NCBI RefSeq assembly: GCF_000150275.1
Contig: NW_002060943.1
Span: forward strand, 3,926,008 to 3,990,007
DNA length: 64,000 nt
Direction of reading: 5' to 3'
From: Trichoplax adhaerens
Lineage: Eukaryota > Animalia > Placozoa
Part shown: positions 26,959-41,000 of the stretch, piece by piece
How the letters are laid out: every line of letters starts with the position of its first letter
Position numbering within the stretch: the first letter of the stretch is position 1
The notes under the pieces: model-generated
Database searches by the model: none
Told to the model about the DNA's origin: nothing
Seen by the model: the letters and a program-made list of their open reading frames with translations, nothing else
Position numbers and translations under genes: made by a program

Positions 26959-28128
26959 TATTATGGGGTAAGCTGTAGGAGTAGCGTCCGGTAAGTTTTT
27001 TATCGTGCGATTCTCAGTTTCTCCCTTTCAGATTTACGTCTTAGCTTAAAGACTTTAGCATTGTGACGCCAGCATTTCTATTTTCTACTGAAATAAATTC
27101 AGTACTGTATCTTACTGTACTGTACTGGTCGTAGTATTTTGCAATCAGTTTCTTTACTCTGGTTACTCACACAGTTAGTTATGACTGTAGACTGTCGATG
27201 GAATAAAAATGAATGATTTCAGCAGTTATTGACTGCCATGTGTTGCAGGTTACTGTTCAGTGGACTATCGATATAGTACTGTACTGTCGAGAATGATGAT
27301 GTGTCAAATAGTAGCGTATCCTCCTAAATCTTACTGTAGAGTACTGTAGAATATTTTATGAGTGTTTCTTCACGTTCGCATATACTGTACAGTATGCATA
27401 TGTTCTAAACGCGTACTGTATAACTTAGACATGCCATAAAAGCGCATGTAGTCCCCATTGCTGGAGAGGCTTTTTCCTTTCCCCTTGGTTCTTAGTCGAT
27501 CAATCTGCAGTTCGCTTAAGATACGAATCAATCAAAGCACAACACTGCAAAACCAAGACGCAATTCTGTCATTGAGAGTCGAAGAAAAGTGGCAACATAC
27601 AGCATAGAGTACAATGGGTGTACAGCAGTATCCTGTATTTTGTTACTCTACTGTACTTTAGTATTATTATTCTTATAGATACATAGACACTATGATAGGA
27701 AAATCTTCAAATTGACTGAGAATTGACAGTACTCTATCTGTTAAGTCAAGACTACAAGAAAACAGGATTGAATTTTTAATTTATTTATGAGGTTAGTTAT
27801 AAAGTTTATACTGATCAGAATGCTCTATTATTAACTAGCTTCAATCAAATCAATAATACAGTATGCGTCCATGCAGAATAATCAATGGATGTGCATCTAT
27901 AATATGATCCAGTAAGGAGGGATGTACAGCACTATATCATTTCTACACTAGTACGAGCGAACAAACAGGTGGCAGACTGCCCACTGCTCCCTGACAAAAT
28001 CCATCTTACAACAGAGTACAGCACAGTACTGTAGTATACTGACTATGATTCATTTCGGTGGAGATAAATCGGTGCATAATTGAGTGGGTAAATTGCATAA
28101 TAAAATTGATCAAATTTGATATGAACCA

Positions 28129-28761
28129 CTATCTATTGATATTAATTTGACTTCAAATTGACTCGTATTGAATTATTTTATTCCATTTTTCCATTCCATT
28201 AGTCGATTAGTACTATTACTATTATACGATATACTGTACAGTATATGTCATATACATACTGACATACTGTACACTACTATACACTGTACAAATTTGATAT
28301 GATCCACCCTCTATTGATATTAATTTAATTTGACTTCAAACTGACTCGTATTGAATTATTTGATTCCATTTTTCCATTCCATTAGTCGATTAGTACTATT
28401 ACTATTATACGATATATATGTCATATACATACTATGATCACTATCTATTGATATCAATTTGACTTCAAATTGACTCGTATTGAATTGTTTGATTCCATTT
28501 TTCCATTCCATTAGTCGATTAGTACTATTACTATTATACGATATATATGTCATATACATACTATGATCACTATCTATGGATATCAATTTGACTTGAAAGT
28601 TTGAAACTGACTCGTATTGAATTATTTGATTCCATTTTTCCATTCCATTAGTGGATTAGTACTATTATACGATATATATGTCATATACATACTATGATCA
28701 CTATCTATGGATATCAATTTGACTTCAAATTGACTCTTGTTGAATTATTTGATTCCATTTT
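28129..28761. repeat. Tandem repeat, ~128-bp unit, 4 full copies plus 1 partial
   Basis: Unit ctatctattgatat(c/t)aatttgacttcaaattgactcgtattgaatt...ttccatttttccattccattagtcgattagtactatt...gatatatatgtcatatacatac starts at ~28129, 28310, 28441, 28570, 28701. Confidence 0.92.
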
Positions 28762-28784
28762 GAAATAGTCTGATGAATCACGCC

Positions 28785-28920
28785 ATACGGTACAGTACAT
28801 AGTGTACAGTGTATAGCGCAGTATACTGTACACTGTACAGTCCTACTGTACATACAGTACTGTATAGTAGTGGGCATCATTTTGGTACAGGGTTACAATA
28901 CGGTACAGTACAATGCACAG
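28785..28920. repeat. TACAG/TACTG cluster upstream of AASS
   Basis: tacggtacagtacatagtgtacagtgtata...tactgtacactgtacag...tactgtacatacagtactgta. Confidence 0.85.
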
Positions 28921-29195
28921 GAACGGCAGTTTACCCTTGGAAAGACAGGCTATATCGACGTTAACGCTCAGTTAATGTGCTTGCAGTATGATAATCCCCC
29001 TTGGTCAATCAATCTACGAGTAGTATTCAATATATTGGAGCTGATAGCGTTGGATTGTCAATTTTATTCAACAATTCTTTGAAGCATCTGTAGTCTAAAA
29101 AGCATCAAGAGAAATCACCAGCCATTCATTTTGCCTAGAGTATTGCAATAGTCGTTGAAAGAGTTCTACTGTAGTGTGTAGTTAAGGAGAGAAAT

Positions 29196-32100
29196 ATGTT
29201 ACGCGCTTCGTCTTACCTTCAACCCATTCATCGATTAGCGCCGACAAGAGTATGGACAAGGCAGTCATCAAAGTATAGTAAAGTCATCGCCATTCGACGA
29301 GAAGATTATCTAACATGGGAAAGAAGAGCACCTCTCGGGCCAAAGCAAGTCAATTTATTAGTGGAAGAATTTGGCTATAAAGTCATCGTTCAACCATCGG
29401 CTAAGCGTGCTTTCACGGGATCGGAATATGAAGAATGTGGAGCCATTTTACAAGAAGATATTTCCCAAGCATCATTAGTTGTTGGTGTTAAACAAGTACC
29501 CATCGATAAACTCCTCCCTAATAAAACTTATTGCTTCTTCTCTCATACCATTAAAGCTCAAGCAGACAATATGCCGCTGTTAGACGCTATCCTCGAAAAG
29601 GTAAATTCCATTACTATCGATCAGTCCTACATGATAGGCATACAAACTGTGAACAATCAGCAAACGCTTTAATTGTCCATCAGGCACAAACAAATACGTT
29701 CAGTACGGCACTTGCCAGCTTATTTGAACTTGACCATTTTCCAATCTGCTATAAAAGTAAATGTCGATCCAATGAACGCCAATCAGTCTAACAGTCATGT
29801 CATTGCTCATAAATCTGCCTACCATACCACAATCGATTGCCTTAAACTCTATATTGTATCCTCGTCTCATGACCAAACTCTCACAAGCTCATGATGAACA
29901 TTGACATAGCATCGGCAATGCCGACGCCTCCTTTTTCATTGCATGAAAACATGACAGTACATTCTTTCCCTTAGGTTAGGCATGACTTTCAACTCAATAG
30001 CCAATGTTTAGCGAGTACGCTATCAATTTTAAAATGCTTTATTGCTTCAAAGAATCAAGGATAAACGATCTATTGTCAATTTTCCCCCTAAACGTGTATT
30101 TATTGAATGATTTCTCCACATTTACTTTACTTTATCATTGGTCTATGAAATGAATCGCATTCCACTGATGCCATGTGCTGAACATGGATACGCTGACATA
30201 GGCTATACTATCATCATTCCCGAGACGTATTCATTCAGCATATTGTCGCTCTTGCCGAAGAATATCGTAATCGCATATTGTCATATTCATGATGGGTTAT
30301 GCTGCAACAGGCTTCCATGTTGTGGTCATTGAATACTAAACTAGCTAAAATACTATTGAATTCATAACTACAGGATTTAATTAATATACACTCAACTGCA
30401 TTATCTTAATAGCGTTTATGGTTAGTCCTACTAACGAGATATCGCTTTTCAAATTTTTCTCCTAACGATCTTAACAACGCAATAGCCAATAACGGTTGCT
30501 TTGATTGATAACAATTAATTATAGTTTAGTAATTTGTCTGCAAGAAAATATTCTATTCAGTTGCTATGGCCACATTTTGGCCATTTATAGTTCAGCTAAT
30601 ACACAAATCAATCTGACGATGATGTCAAAAACTACTGCATCATATTTGCAATGGATTAATATAATTATTAGACGAGTATACACGTCGTAGTATACATTAA
30701 TAATAATTATTATTGTTCTTGAGTAAATGCTAAAGTGCTGGTGTCATGAACTTGCATCATTGAATAGTGGTGAAATGAATAGAATCGTCAGAGAAAGCCG
30801 CTTTAATTCTTTACTCTTGAAATGACCAACTACTGAGCGATGACTAGCTAATCTATGACGGCTATAAAATCAAGCAATTGGTATTCATTTCTTTCCACAA
30901 CACATCGCCCGTTGCCAACTACACAGGTTGAAATGGATATTTCCTGCTGTGCGGTAACTGCCTTTTACAGTTATGACGATGCATTCATGATCGTCGATGG
31001 GGGATACGACTTCATTGTACTTGACATCAAGCTTTGGTTATACACCGCAGCTTAGAACATGAAATTACTCTTAAACAGATCTGTTTTTACCTAAGCATCC
31101 ATTTTATATATTACCAACAATACTAATGTGCATAACTGTCAATACCATATACTTAAAACTTGACTACCGAATGATGTATCGCCATCATAGTTTTTATATT
31201 CATCTTTGTAAATTTTTCGCATCTGATCCGATTTCTCATATATTTAAATCGGAATCATATTGCTCGAAATGTTAAATATCGATCCTGGAATCGTTCAGGT
31301 TACTTTTCTCTAACTGTCATTGCGATTATGTTATATCCATTAGCTACGAATATTTCTTAACCAAACATCCGAATAATGATCTATAACAATTTGTAAGCAT
31401 ACTTAGATTAATCAACTAATGCTCCAAATTTTCCTCTTAATTATAGAAAATTAAACTAATAGATTATGAAAGATTGGTTGATTCTTCTGGTAAACGTTTA
31501 GTAGCATTCGGACAATTCGCCGGAATAGCAGGTAAATCTCAATGAGAAATAAAGGACTTAATAGATATACATGCATTGTAATTTAATGTATACTACATTG
31601 ACTTATTGCGAATACAACATGTTATATTTATGCAGAGCATTTTCTATAGTATTCGCTATACCATTTCATCGATACTGTATATCGTAATAAAATCAATTTA
31701 GAGTTATGACTATGCTCTTGTTGTTATAATTTTAGGAATGATTAATATTCTGCATGGAATGGGTGTAAGATTATTGAATCTTGGTTTCCATACGCCATTT
31801 ATGGTAAAAAATAAATAAACTTACGCATCGAATAGTTTACTAGCAAATAGTATCGGTTACAAATTATCAATAACGATGTATGAGTTACAAGCATACAGTA
31901 TCACGGTATAATATCATAATATATTAATGATGTATATGATTACATGTGTAAAAAAAGAAAGTAGCGCTTCAAAGTTTAAATTGAGGTAATACCACTAGAC
32001 AAAGGAATTTTTATTTTCATTTTAAGTATGTTCTTGAGCAGTAATATATCGTTTGATCTATTGCTTCAAATAGCAAGGCCATTTTCCTGTGTTACTAGTC

Positions 32101-35100
32101 TAGAGTGCTTTGAAATTATAGAGCTAGAAATAACTTTAATGATATTATGCTAGCGTAGGTACTGATACATTTTTACAATCCTGGTAAGGCTCTTCGAACT
32201 AACGGTAGAAATAATTATGATTTTTATAGCTCTCTAATGATCACTTCTTTACTATAAAATTAGTACATTTGTAGTACGCACCATTATGCAAGCACTACAT
32301 CCGCCAAAGTTGACATCGCCGAAGCTGGTAGTCGTATTAGACTAGGTCAAATGCCAACTGCTTTAGGTCCACTAACATTTGTATTCACGGGAACAGGAAA
32401 TGTATTCCAGGTGAGAATTGAATCTATAGAGCTTCTTAATAAGATTTACTTTCTATTTAATTTATAATATGAGATAAAGGGTAGGTATTTCTAGTGATTA
32501 ATGTAGCCTTAAAATAATCGACTTTAACTTAATCCGTCATTAATTAATTAATGTGATTATTTCAATGTTGTGATAGGGTGCAAAGGAGATATTCCAGCAG
32601 CTTCCACACGAATTTGTATCCCCGAATGACCTAAAAGAAGTGACGGAACATGGCGGTAAGTAGCCCTGAGAGAAGAAAATTCATTGGGTCTTTTCGTTAT
32701 ATTTCGTGTTTACTCCATCTAGATACACGCAAAGTGTACGGAACTATTGTTACTGCTGAAGATCATATTGAAAGCTTAGACGGCAGCAAGTTTGATAAGG
32801 GTCACTTTAGGAAATTTCCAGAACAATATCGATCTAATTTTGCTGATAAGGTTCATTGCAATATTGTAAAACTATAACACTGTATTACGGAAAAATTATA
32901 TCAATCTTTTTCGTTAGATTGCTCCTTACATGTCGGTATTAATTAATGGCTTATACTGGGGCGTTGGTGATCCTCGACTCCTCACTTGCAAAGATGCTAG
33001 GAATTTAATGAAAATAAAGCCAACTGCTACAAAAGGACTTTCGGATAAACTCTTACCACATCGACTTCTTGCTATTTCTGATATATCAGCTGATCCGCAG
33101 GTAAGTGTTATGGTACTAACGAAAGAGAAATCATTCATTTTTAATTCCATCATACTAATACTGGGATTTCGTTTGAACTAGGGCTCGATCGAGTTCCTAT
33201 ACAGTGTAACAAATATTGGAGATCCTTTTGAAGTATATGATCCTGTTAGCGATGCTGCAACGAGAGGGTAATAATCTTTGCTGGATTTAGTATAGCTAGT
33301 TTTTGTACTAGTTGCTAGTATTACAGTATACAGTATATTAAAGCGTACTTATGCTTTACTTTGAACCTCCTAACAATATCTCATTCTAGCTCACTAATAG
33401 CATATGCGTAATTATTTATTTTAACAGTGTTTCCGGGGATGGAATACTTATAACTTCAATTGATAACCTACCCACTCAGTTACCACGAGAAGCAACGGAC
33501 TTTTTTGGAAATCTGCTATTGCCACACCTGATAGAAATGGTAAAAAATTTTAATTTTTGTACATTTGAATGTGAATACCCCAAAAAGTGTATAATATATT
33601 GAAGTTGTTTCCTAACTTGTTGTTAGATAATTTCTTTCTTTTGTATTTATTTAAATCGCCCCTTGTATATCAAATAGGCAAAGGCAGAAGCCTCGGTTCC
33701 ATTTAAAGATATCACTAAAGTATCGGAGGAAGTCATGAATGTATGTTGATGAACCTTTGCTATTTCATTAGCAGATCTCTTTCGCGGCTGTCTTATCTAT
33801 TATATGAGGCTTGTTACAATTATGCTACTTCGGAGCTGCGTTATTGTTCAACTAATTATCAGCTTTAAATTGTATTTAAGTATATATGCCTAGATATGCT
33901 AACTTTTTTCGTATCTTATATACTGTATATATACATAATTCGTGTAGGCTACTATTGCTAGCAACGGTGAGTTAACGCCAAAGTTCGAGTATATTCGACA
34001 TTTAAGAAATGAAAGGTAATTAATATCGATAAGTGTAGAATAAAATTAGCAAAATTGAATTTTCGGATATCATTATGATTCAATAATGAGTTTGCTTTAT
34101 GGTAGGTTACATGTTAGTTCTCCAAGGAAGAAGAACGTTTTACTTCTTGGATCCGGTTTTGTTGCTAGACCTGTCGTTGAATACCTGACACGAGATCCTG
34201 ATATCTCTATTACCATTGGTTAGTGCATAGTGATTAATCATCGTTTCAAATTAAAATTATTTTGTAAGAGATGCCAGATTATTGAATAAGAAGTAGTATA
34301 TGCGAAGTAGTTCCTACACTATCATTGCAATTGATTACTTTTTCTTATATTGGATATTTTGCTCTCTTAGCAAGTGCCAGCATTGGCGATGCTAATGATA
34401 TAGCAAAAACCTATCGAAACACTGCTGCCATGCTTTTTAGGCTCGGAGAGGAAAAGGCTTTAGATCAATTGAAAGCGTTGATCAGTCGTCATGATTTGAC
34501 CGTGAGGTGTGGTTAACATATTCTATAATATCACTTTTTCTTTTGCAAATGTTGTGAACTACTTCAATTTATTTATAGTTTACTACCGTATACGTACCAC
34601 CCTCAAGTAGCTAAGTTCTGCCTGGCTTGTGATAAGCATATGGTAACGGCAAGTTACGTATCACCGGCAATGAAAGAACTTCATCAGAGGTAGAATTCGG
34701 TCTCTCTGTATTTCAGATCATGTATAATATTCTGGCTAGGATTTTGTGTAATAAATCTCATCTACTGAAAATACGCCGCTTTTTTTTATAGTGCACTGGA
34801 TAAAAATTTGGTGTTTTTAAATGAAATGGGATTAGATCCAGGTATTGACCACATGTTGGCCGCAAAATGTTTTGATGAAGTACGAGCGAAAGGAGGAAAG
34901 GTATGTAAATATGTAAAATTGGCATAAAGTAAAAAGAAGATTTTTTCGATGTCTAACAATTGTTTGCATTCACCTGTGGTAAATACCTAAGAAAGCTGAT
35001 CAATAGGTGATTTAAATCTATATTTTTTGATGTCTTTAAATAGATCTCGTCGTACGTGTCGTATTGTGGTGGTCTACCTGCTCCTGAATTATCTGACAAT

Positions 35101-36694
35101 CCTTTAAGATATAAATTCAGGTTGTGTACTTACGAAATTGTTTTGTATTCATTATTATTTATGGTATAGTTTTCAAAAAGACGTTTCGGTAACCTAATTT
35201 ATCTTGTATAACAGTTGGAGCCCGCGTGGAGCTCTGCTCGCTATTTTAAATGGTGCCAGATATCGAACAAATGGAGAAGTATGACAACTTTGTTAATGAT
35301 TAAAGTCTATATTCTTTTTACATTATATAACGCTAAGATGAAAATTCTTCTAATGATTTAAGTTATTTAGCTCAAAATTAAACGACTAGCCTTATATTTA
35401 TGCAATATTTCAATCAACAGATTAAGGAGATCCATCCTGGTGGTTCACTATTGGCTTACACAAAAGACGTTGATTATTATCCTGGTCTCAATTTAGAAGG
35501 TTATCCTAATCGTGACAGTATGATGTATGCTGACCTTTACGACATAACTTCCGCTCACACCGTGGAAAGAGGAACTATAAGATACAAGGCAAGATAAAAT
35601 TATGAACTGGCAATATTTCAGTCCGGTTCTCGTACTAAATTACTTCTAAAAAACGGTTTGAATAAGCTTCATGACCTTTTTAATAATAGGGTTTTAGTGA
35701 AGTTGCAACTGCCTTGCTGAAGATCGGCGTAATTAATGGAGAACCTAATCCAATATTAATGAGGAATGCCCCAGATATTCAATGGGTATGTTAAGCTAAA
35801 AGTTGAAGTAATACATGCTAACATTTGAATATAATAATTGAAGCAATCAATTCTTTTTATCCCTTTTCTAGCATCAACTGACTGCAAATTTGCTTGGCTT
35901 AGAAGCCAATATTTCTATTGACGACTTAAAATCTGAAGTCTTAAAAAGGGTTTCTGGAAACGAGAATAAACTGAAAGCTATTATCGAGTAAATACTTTAT
36001 GTCATGATTGAGCTTACTGAATACATAATTAGATAACTAACTATGAATTGATTAACTTGGTTTAGTCTTGGTTTACTGTCTGATCAACCAGTAGCAAAAG
36101 AGGGAACCACTATTGATGCGCTATCTGCTTTACTGAGCAAATCGTTAACACTACGTAATAAGATTTTTGGCTGTTAGTTTTAACTTTTGCAATAGATGGA
36201 TGGATATTTCTGATATATATCCTATTTCATTCGATAGAGAAAGGAGAAAGTGATTTTGTAATCATGCGACACGAAATTGGTGTTGATTGGCCTAATGGCA
36301 AAAAGGTATTAGCTTTTATCTTCAAATTTTGAATCACGTTTAACTCGTGAGTTTATGGCTATATCTGATCAATACGCATAGGAAACGCGCCATATAACAT
36401 TGGCTTCTTATGGTAGTCCGGACAGCCATTCCGCTATGGCTTGGACAGTCGGTATTCCGTCGGCTATCGCAGCACGTCAAATTTTAAGAGGTATAATTTA
36501 TTTAACTGTAGTACTTTGCAAGACAGAAGTATGACAATTGCTAAACTAATATTCGTACAATTGATTATTTTTCTTTAGGAGAAATCACCAGAACTGGAGT
36601 TATGGTACCTATTAGTAGTGATATTTACGAACCTATGCTAGGCCTACTAGAGAAAGAAAATATCCGTGAAAGTAATCACGTTACATATCACTAA
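29196..36694 (+). CDS. AASS: Alpha-aminoadipic semialdehyde synthase (bifunctional LKR/SDH), mitochondrial, multi-exon
   Basis: Arg-rich presequence; [79 protein letters not shown]; SDH part [58 protein letters not shown]; TAA at 36692-36694. Confidence 0.97.
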
Positions 36695-37791
36695 AGCGAA
36701 CGATTTGCTGATTCTCTTTAAGGGATGCTATGCAATAAAATTTTTATCATATATCGTTCAAATTTTACTGAGCACTTTCATCATTCATGTTATGATGAAG
36801 AACATTACTCACGCTATAAGCTATTTTGCAAAATCGTACTAATAAAATCGTTCTGTTAAATGACTAATGCAAGGTAGAAAAAACGTGTGAAGTATCGATT
36901 ATTCTTGCCGAAATTTTCGCTATACGAGTCGTAAAATGCAGGACACTTGCACGGTTGACGATGTTAGATTGACTAGCTTTGTAGTAGATAAATTTGATTG
37001 AGTAATGCAGTGGACTGCGAATATACGTATTAGAGCGAGCTTGATTTATGGCACTTTGTAAATATGAATTTTGCAACATTTAAAATACTTCTTATTTTTC
37101 AATGGAGTACTACAAGTGGACTTTGAAAACCATAATGCATACCGTACCATGATCATGATAGCTCCATATGGTAATGTATAGTAAATTGTAAGAGGATTTA
37201 TATAGTAGTCAATGCCTTAGAAAGAACTCATAGATATATCAATAGATTTGCGATTACTTCCTTTTCAAATCACTGATATTTATATAAATGCCCAGTTACA
37301 TTTAGCAGAGCTGATTTGCGTAGTGCTCACAGATATGCTCATGCTGTATATCCTCGAGTATTTCCCAATCAAAGGCGATGATGTGATTGTCCACTACTAG
37401 TGCATCGTCATCATGCATGCTAAATACAGTACTCGTGTATGTTTATGTCATAATCAATCCCTGAAGTTGCCCATGCCCGGATAAATGTTTAAATCATGGA
37501 TTTCCAGATTTGGAAGAAATGTAGAAGTCTGTGGTTTAAATCTTACAAATTTACTTGCGCTATACAGTATACTGTACAATATATTCATATCATCCTATGC
37601 AATGGAAAGCCGAATTGAATGATATCAATGCGTAGCATTAATTTGTAAGAAGTAGCTATTATACAGTAATTCCACACTGATATCCACATTTAATTTGGCT
37701 GGCAGTAAGTGTTGCTGCAGCCATAAAAACTATCTGTAGAGGACCGATCTCATCAATTTCATTTATTGGATTACTCATACGTATATATCGG

Positions 37792-37835
37792 AAACATCTC
37801 GACCTCTAGACTTGCAGCTAGAGGTCGAGATGTTT
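37792..37835. other. Perfect 18-bp-stem hairpin ~240 bp upstream of the PPP1R2 ATG
   Basis: aaacatctcgacctctag-acttgcag-ctagaggtcgagatgttt. Confidence 0.9.
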
Positions 37836-37854
37836 TGGTCTTTGTAGCGGTCAC

Positions 37855-38003
37855 GTACAGTACTGTACTGTAGACCATCAAAGTACTGTACACTGTAAGT
37901 TTAATTTTTCACTGTAAAATACACCGTACAGTGTACAGTGTACAATACTGAGTGTGATCACCGTAAACTGCATACTGTACACTGTACTGTACTGTACCGT
38001 ACC
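37855..38003. repeat. TACAG/TACTG/TACCG cluster in the PPP1R2 promoter
   Basis: tacagtactgtactgta; tacagtgtacagtgta; tactgtacactgtactgtactgtaccgtaccg. Confidence 0.88.
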
Positions 38004-38076
38004 GGAACAGACCGAATAGCGTTGAATCAGTTCAGAGTAGCGTGGAACGTCAGACTGTTGTGTAGTGGAAAACGAA

Positions 38077-41000
38077 ATGGCCGACTCTGATTCTGCCTGC
38101 GGTAAGGCTAAGGAAATGAATAGTCCTTCTCCGAAAATGCCCAGAAGTATACTTAAACACGATCATGGAGAACCACACAGGTAATCTATTGAGTAATCAC
38201 TAATCCAAAAGATTATCTTAGATCAGAGATGTTTTGACTCGTTGAATGAGGATTCCATTCATGGAGTATTTTATCTCTGATTGAATTAGATATAATGCAA
38301 GTCATTTCTAATGATTATAATTGTCCAAGTACAGTTCTTAAATTGGGCTTCTCTTGTTAAGGAAGCAATTAAAATATTGTATACCATGTATAGTTTGCAG
38401 CGCAGTACATTAGAATGGTAATCATACAGAAATCGACAGTAGAATGTTAGGTATCTAAAAGGGACAAATGTTGTAACAGAAAGGGTTTTCCCATTCGATC
38501 ATTTTAAAAGATGGGAACCGGATCGATGCCACACTTATCATGATGATAGTCAATACTCTACATGTTCTGCGAGTGACTATGATTTTACTAGAATATATCT
38601 TTAACTAATTTTTAAACATTTTAATTGATAGCAGAAAGAAACTAAGGTAAACAGAAGGTAATTTTCATATTAAAATTACATTACGCGTATTTTTTTTCCT
38701 ATCATGGAAAACAACGTTTCACTACTCTCACATACGCGTACACACACCGTAAATCTGTCTTCTCATTCGCATCGTAAAGGCGTCCGATATGCTCTATAAG
38801 AATAAATAAATACCGGTATGCTTTGAAAGAAGTTTCATTGAGACCATTCACTGCAGACTAAAAACTATTTCAAATGTGTAAAACTTTTCTCGTTCTTATA
38901 AATAACATGTTTTTAGACCTACTTAAGAATTAAGGGATCAATATACAAATACGCATATGCCTGCTACAATTCCGTGCGTCTAGAAGTTCATAAAGTTAAG
39001 GTTTTACGCCACTAAAATCCAATGTACCTCTTATGTAACTACATCAGTCAGTATTGTTGTGTTGTATAATAGTTTTGTAGCAAAATATAATTCTATGGTA
39101 TAAGCGATAGTACAGTGCACGGTATAGTAGATGAGTATTCGGCTAGATTCTAAATTCTAAAATCATAACGGCACGATCTGCTGGTCGCAAAACATCCTGC
39201 TCATCATTATTATACATTTTTCGGATCAAACCCACTTCATGGACTATTTCTTTAGCAATCCAGTTTTATTCTTCAACTTCGTTTTCAACGACTTTCTGAA
39301 GAATTTTAATTTTATTGTTCCACTTACTAAAAGTTTGCTAAATGCGTCCAGTAAAAATTGACGTCTACATAGTAAAACTCTAATTCTCGATATCGACTAC
39401 AAAAAAATAAAAAAAAACATTTGAATGATTGCTTTATATAAGTACTAATTAATAATTATATCCTTGTTATTATCTAATGTTATTATGTCTTTAAATAAAA
39501 TACTGTACTAATAGCATTGTAGTGAAATATGTAGTACCTTGTATTCGTAGACGAACACGGAGTTAGCGGAATCTTACTGTATCTACTCAAGACTCTTTAA
39601 ACTCTACTCGTATGCTGTTAACATTTATTTCCGAGACATTTGAGTACTCCGATAATATAGAAATTGAGCTTTATCCAATTATAGCCTGCACAGTACATAC
39701 TGTAGTAGTTTAATTATTATATTATCATCTGTGCGTACATGGTATTACTCTACTTATCTTATTAAGTGCATACAAAGTTAACGTATGATATACGAGCATA
39801 CGTATAGTGATGGCAATTTATTCAATGATGAAAAATACTGATCATAACAAGTATTTCATCTGTCAGATGACTGATTAGGCCACTTATTTTAATATAAAGT
39901 AGTGTTGTTATAATTTACCCTTGACGATGAAGATAGTGAATTTTTGAGAGTGAGCATTTTAGTTTTGACAATTTATTATCGTTTAACATGTTATTGCTTA
40001 AGTCTTTAGACAAAGCGTTCTACATTTTTTATTGTCAATGAATGCAGGACGATCATTGATGTAAACGTCATAATAATAATAACAGATGATTCCTGTAGAA
40101 AAAATAATATCAGACTAGATAGAGAATGATAATTCTCATTAAAGTGCAGTAGAAATTCACTTCACTGTAATTAAAAATTGACGTTAAATAATTAATGAAT
40201 ATACTGGTGCAGAGAAGGTATGTTGTTTTGTTATGATGTGAAATACTTTAAGAAGATTGATTATCTTAACTCTATCAATTATACAGGGCGCTCATCGTCT
40301 TATTTCATGCATAATTTTTAAAATTTTGATCGGATTTCTTGAATTCATCATATAAATTAAAATTGTGGGTGGATTGGGTATACACTAATTTCTTCATTGA
40401 AAATATTACTGTACTATTGCAGCTGTAAAAGAGATATTATATTAATTACGCTTTACGAATTTCTCACAGCACGTTTGATGCTATTGTTTAAAATAGTAGT
40501 TGTTATTTTGGAAATGGACCATATCCTCAGAAAGGTATTGACAGTAATGATCAACAACGGTAATATGTGGTCTTATTCACATGCACTTTTAACCTACTGA
40601 ATTGTAGTTGATATTAACCGTGTATGCAAGATGGTGCCTTTCCGATTTAAATAATATACTGTATATATAATTAATAGGCTAGAACTTCAAAATTAGTAAC
40701 TTGACTCGCCCTGTTCAATTGCGTTAAACAAGAATTACGGTTAGAAATGAAACTTTAATAAGCCTCGCAAAGTTTTATATATCGTTGCAAATATCAATGT
40801 TGCAATAGCAGCACCTATACATACGTATTTCATCATACCATGATCAGATATTTAATTTTGAGAAAGTTTGTGCTTTTTCGTTAATGTTGTACACAATGCT
40901 TTGCAGTGCTATTGTAGTACTTGCAACGAATAGTATTATTGTTCTATTATCTGATGAGAATTGACGACAATCTTTCGTTTTCAGACTTCATCTTGTTATT

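Noticed and set aside
27440-27476. SRP Alu-domain-like gcgcatgtagtccc
   Set aside because: Short match with no S-domain helix-8 motif downstream.
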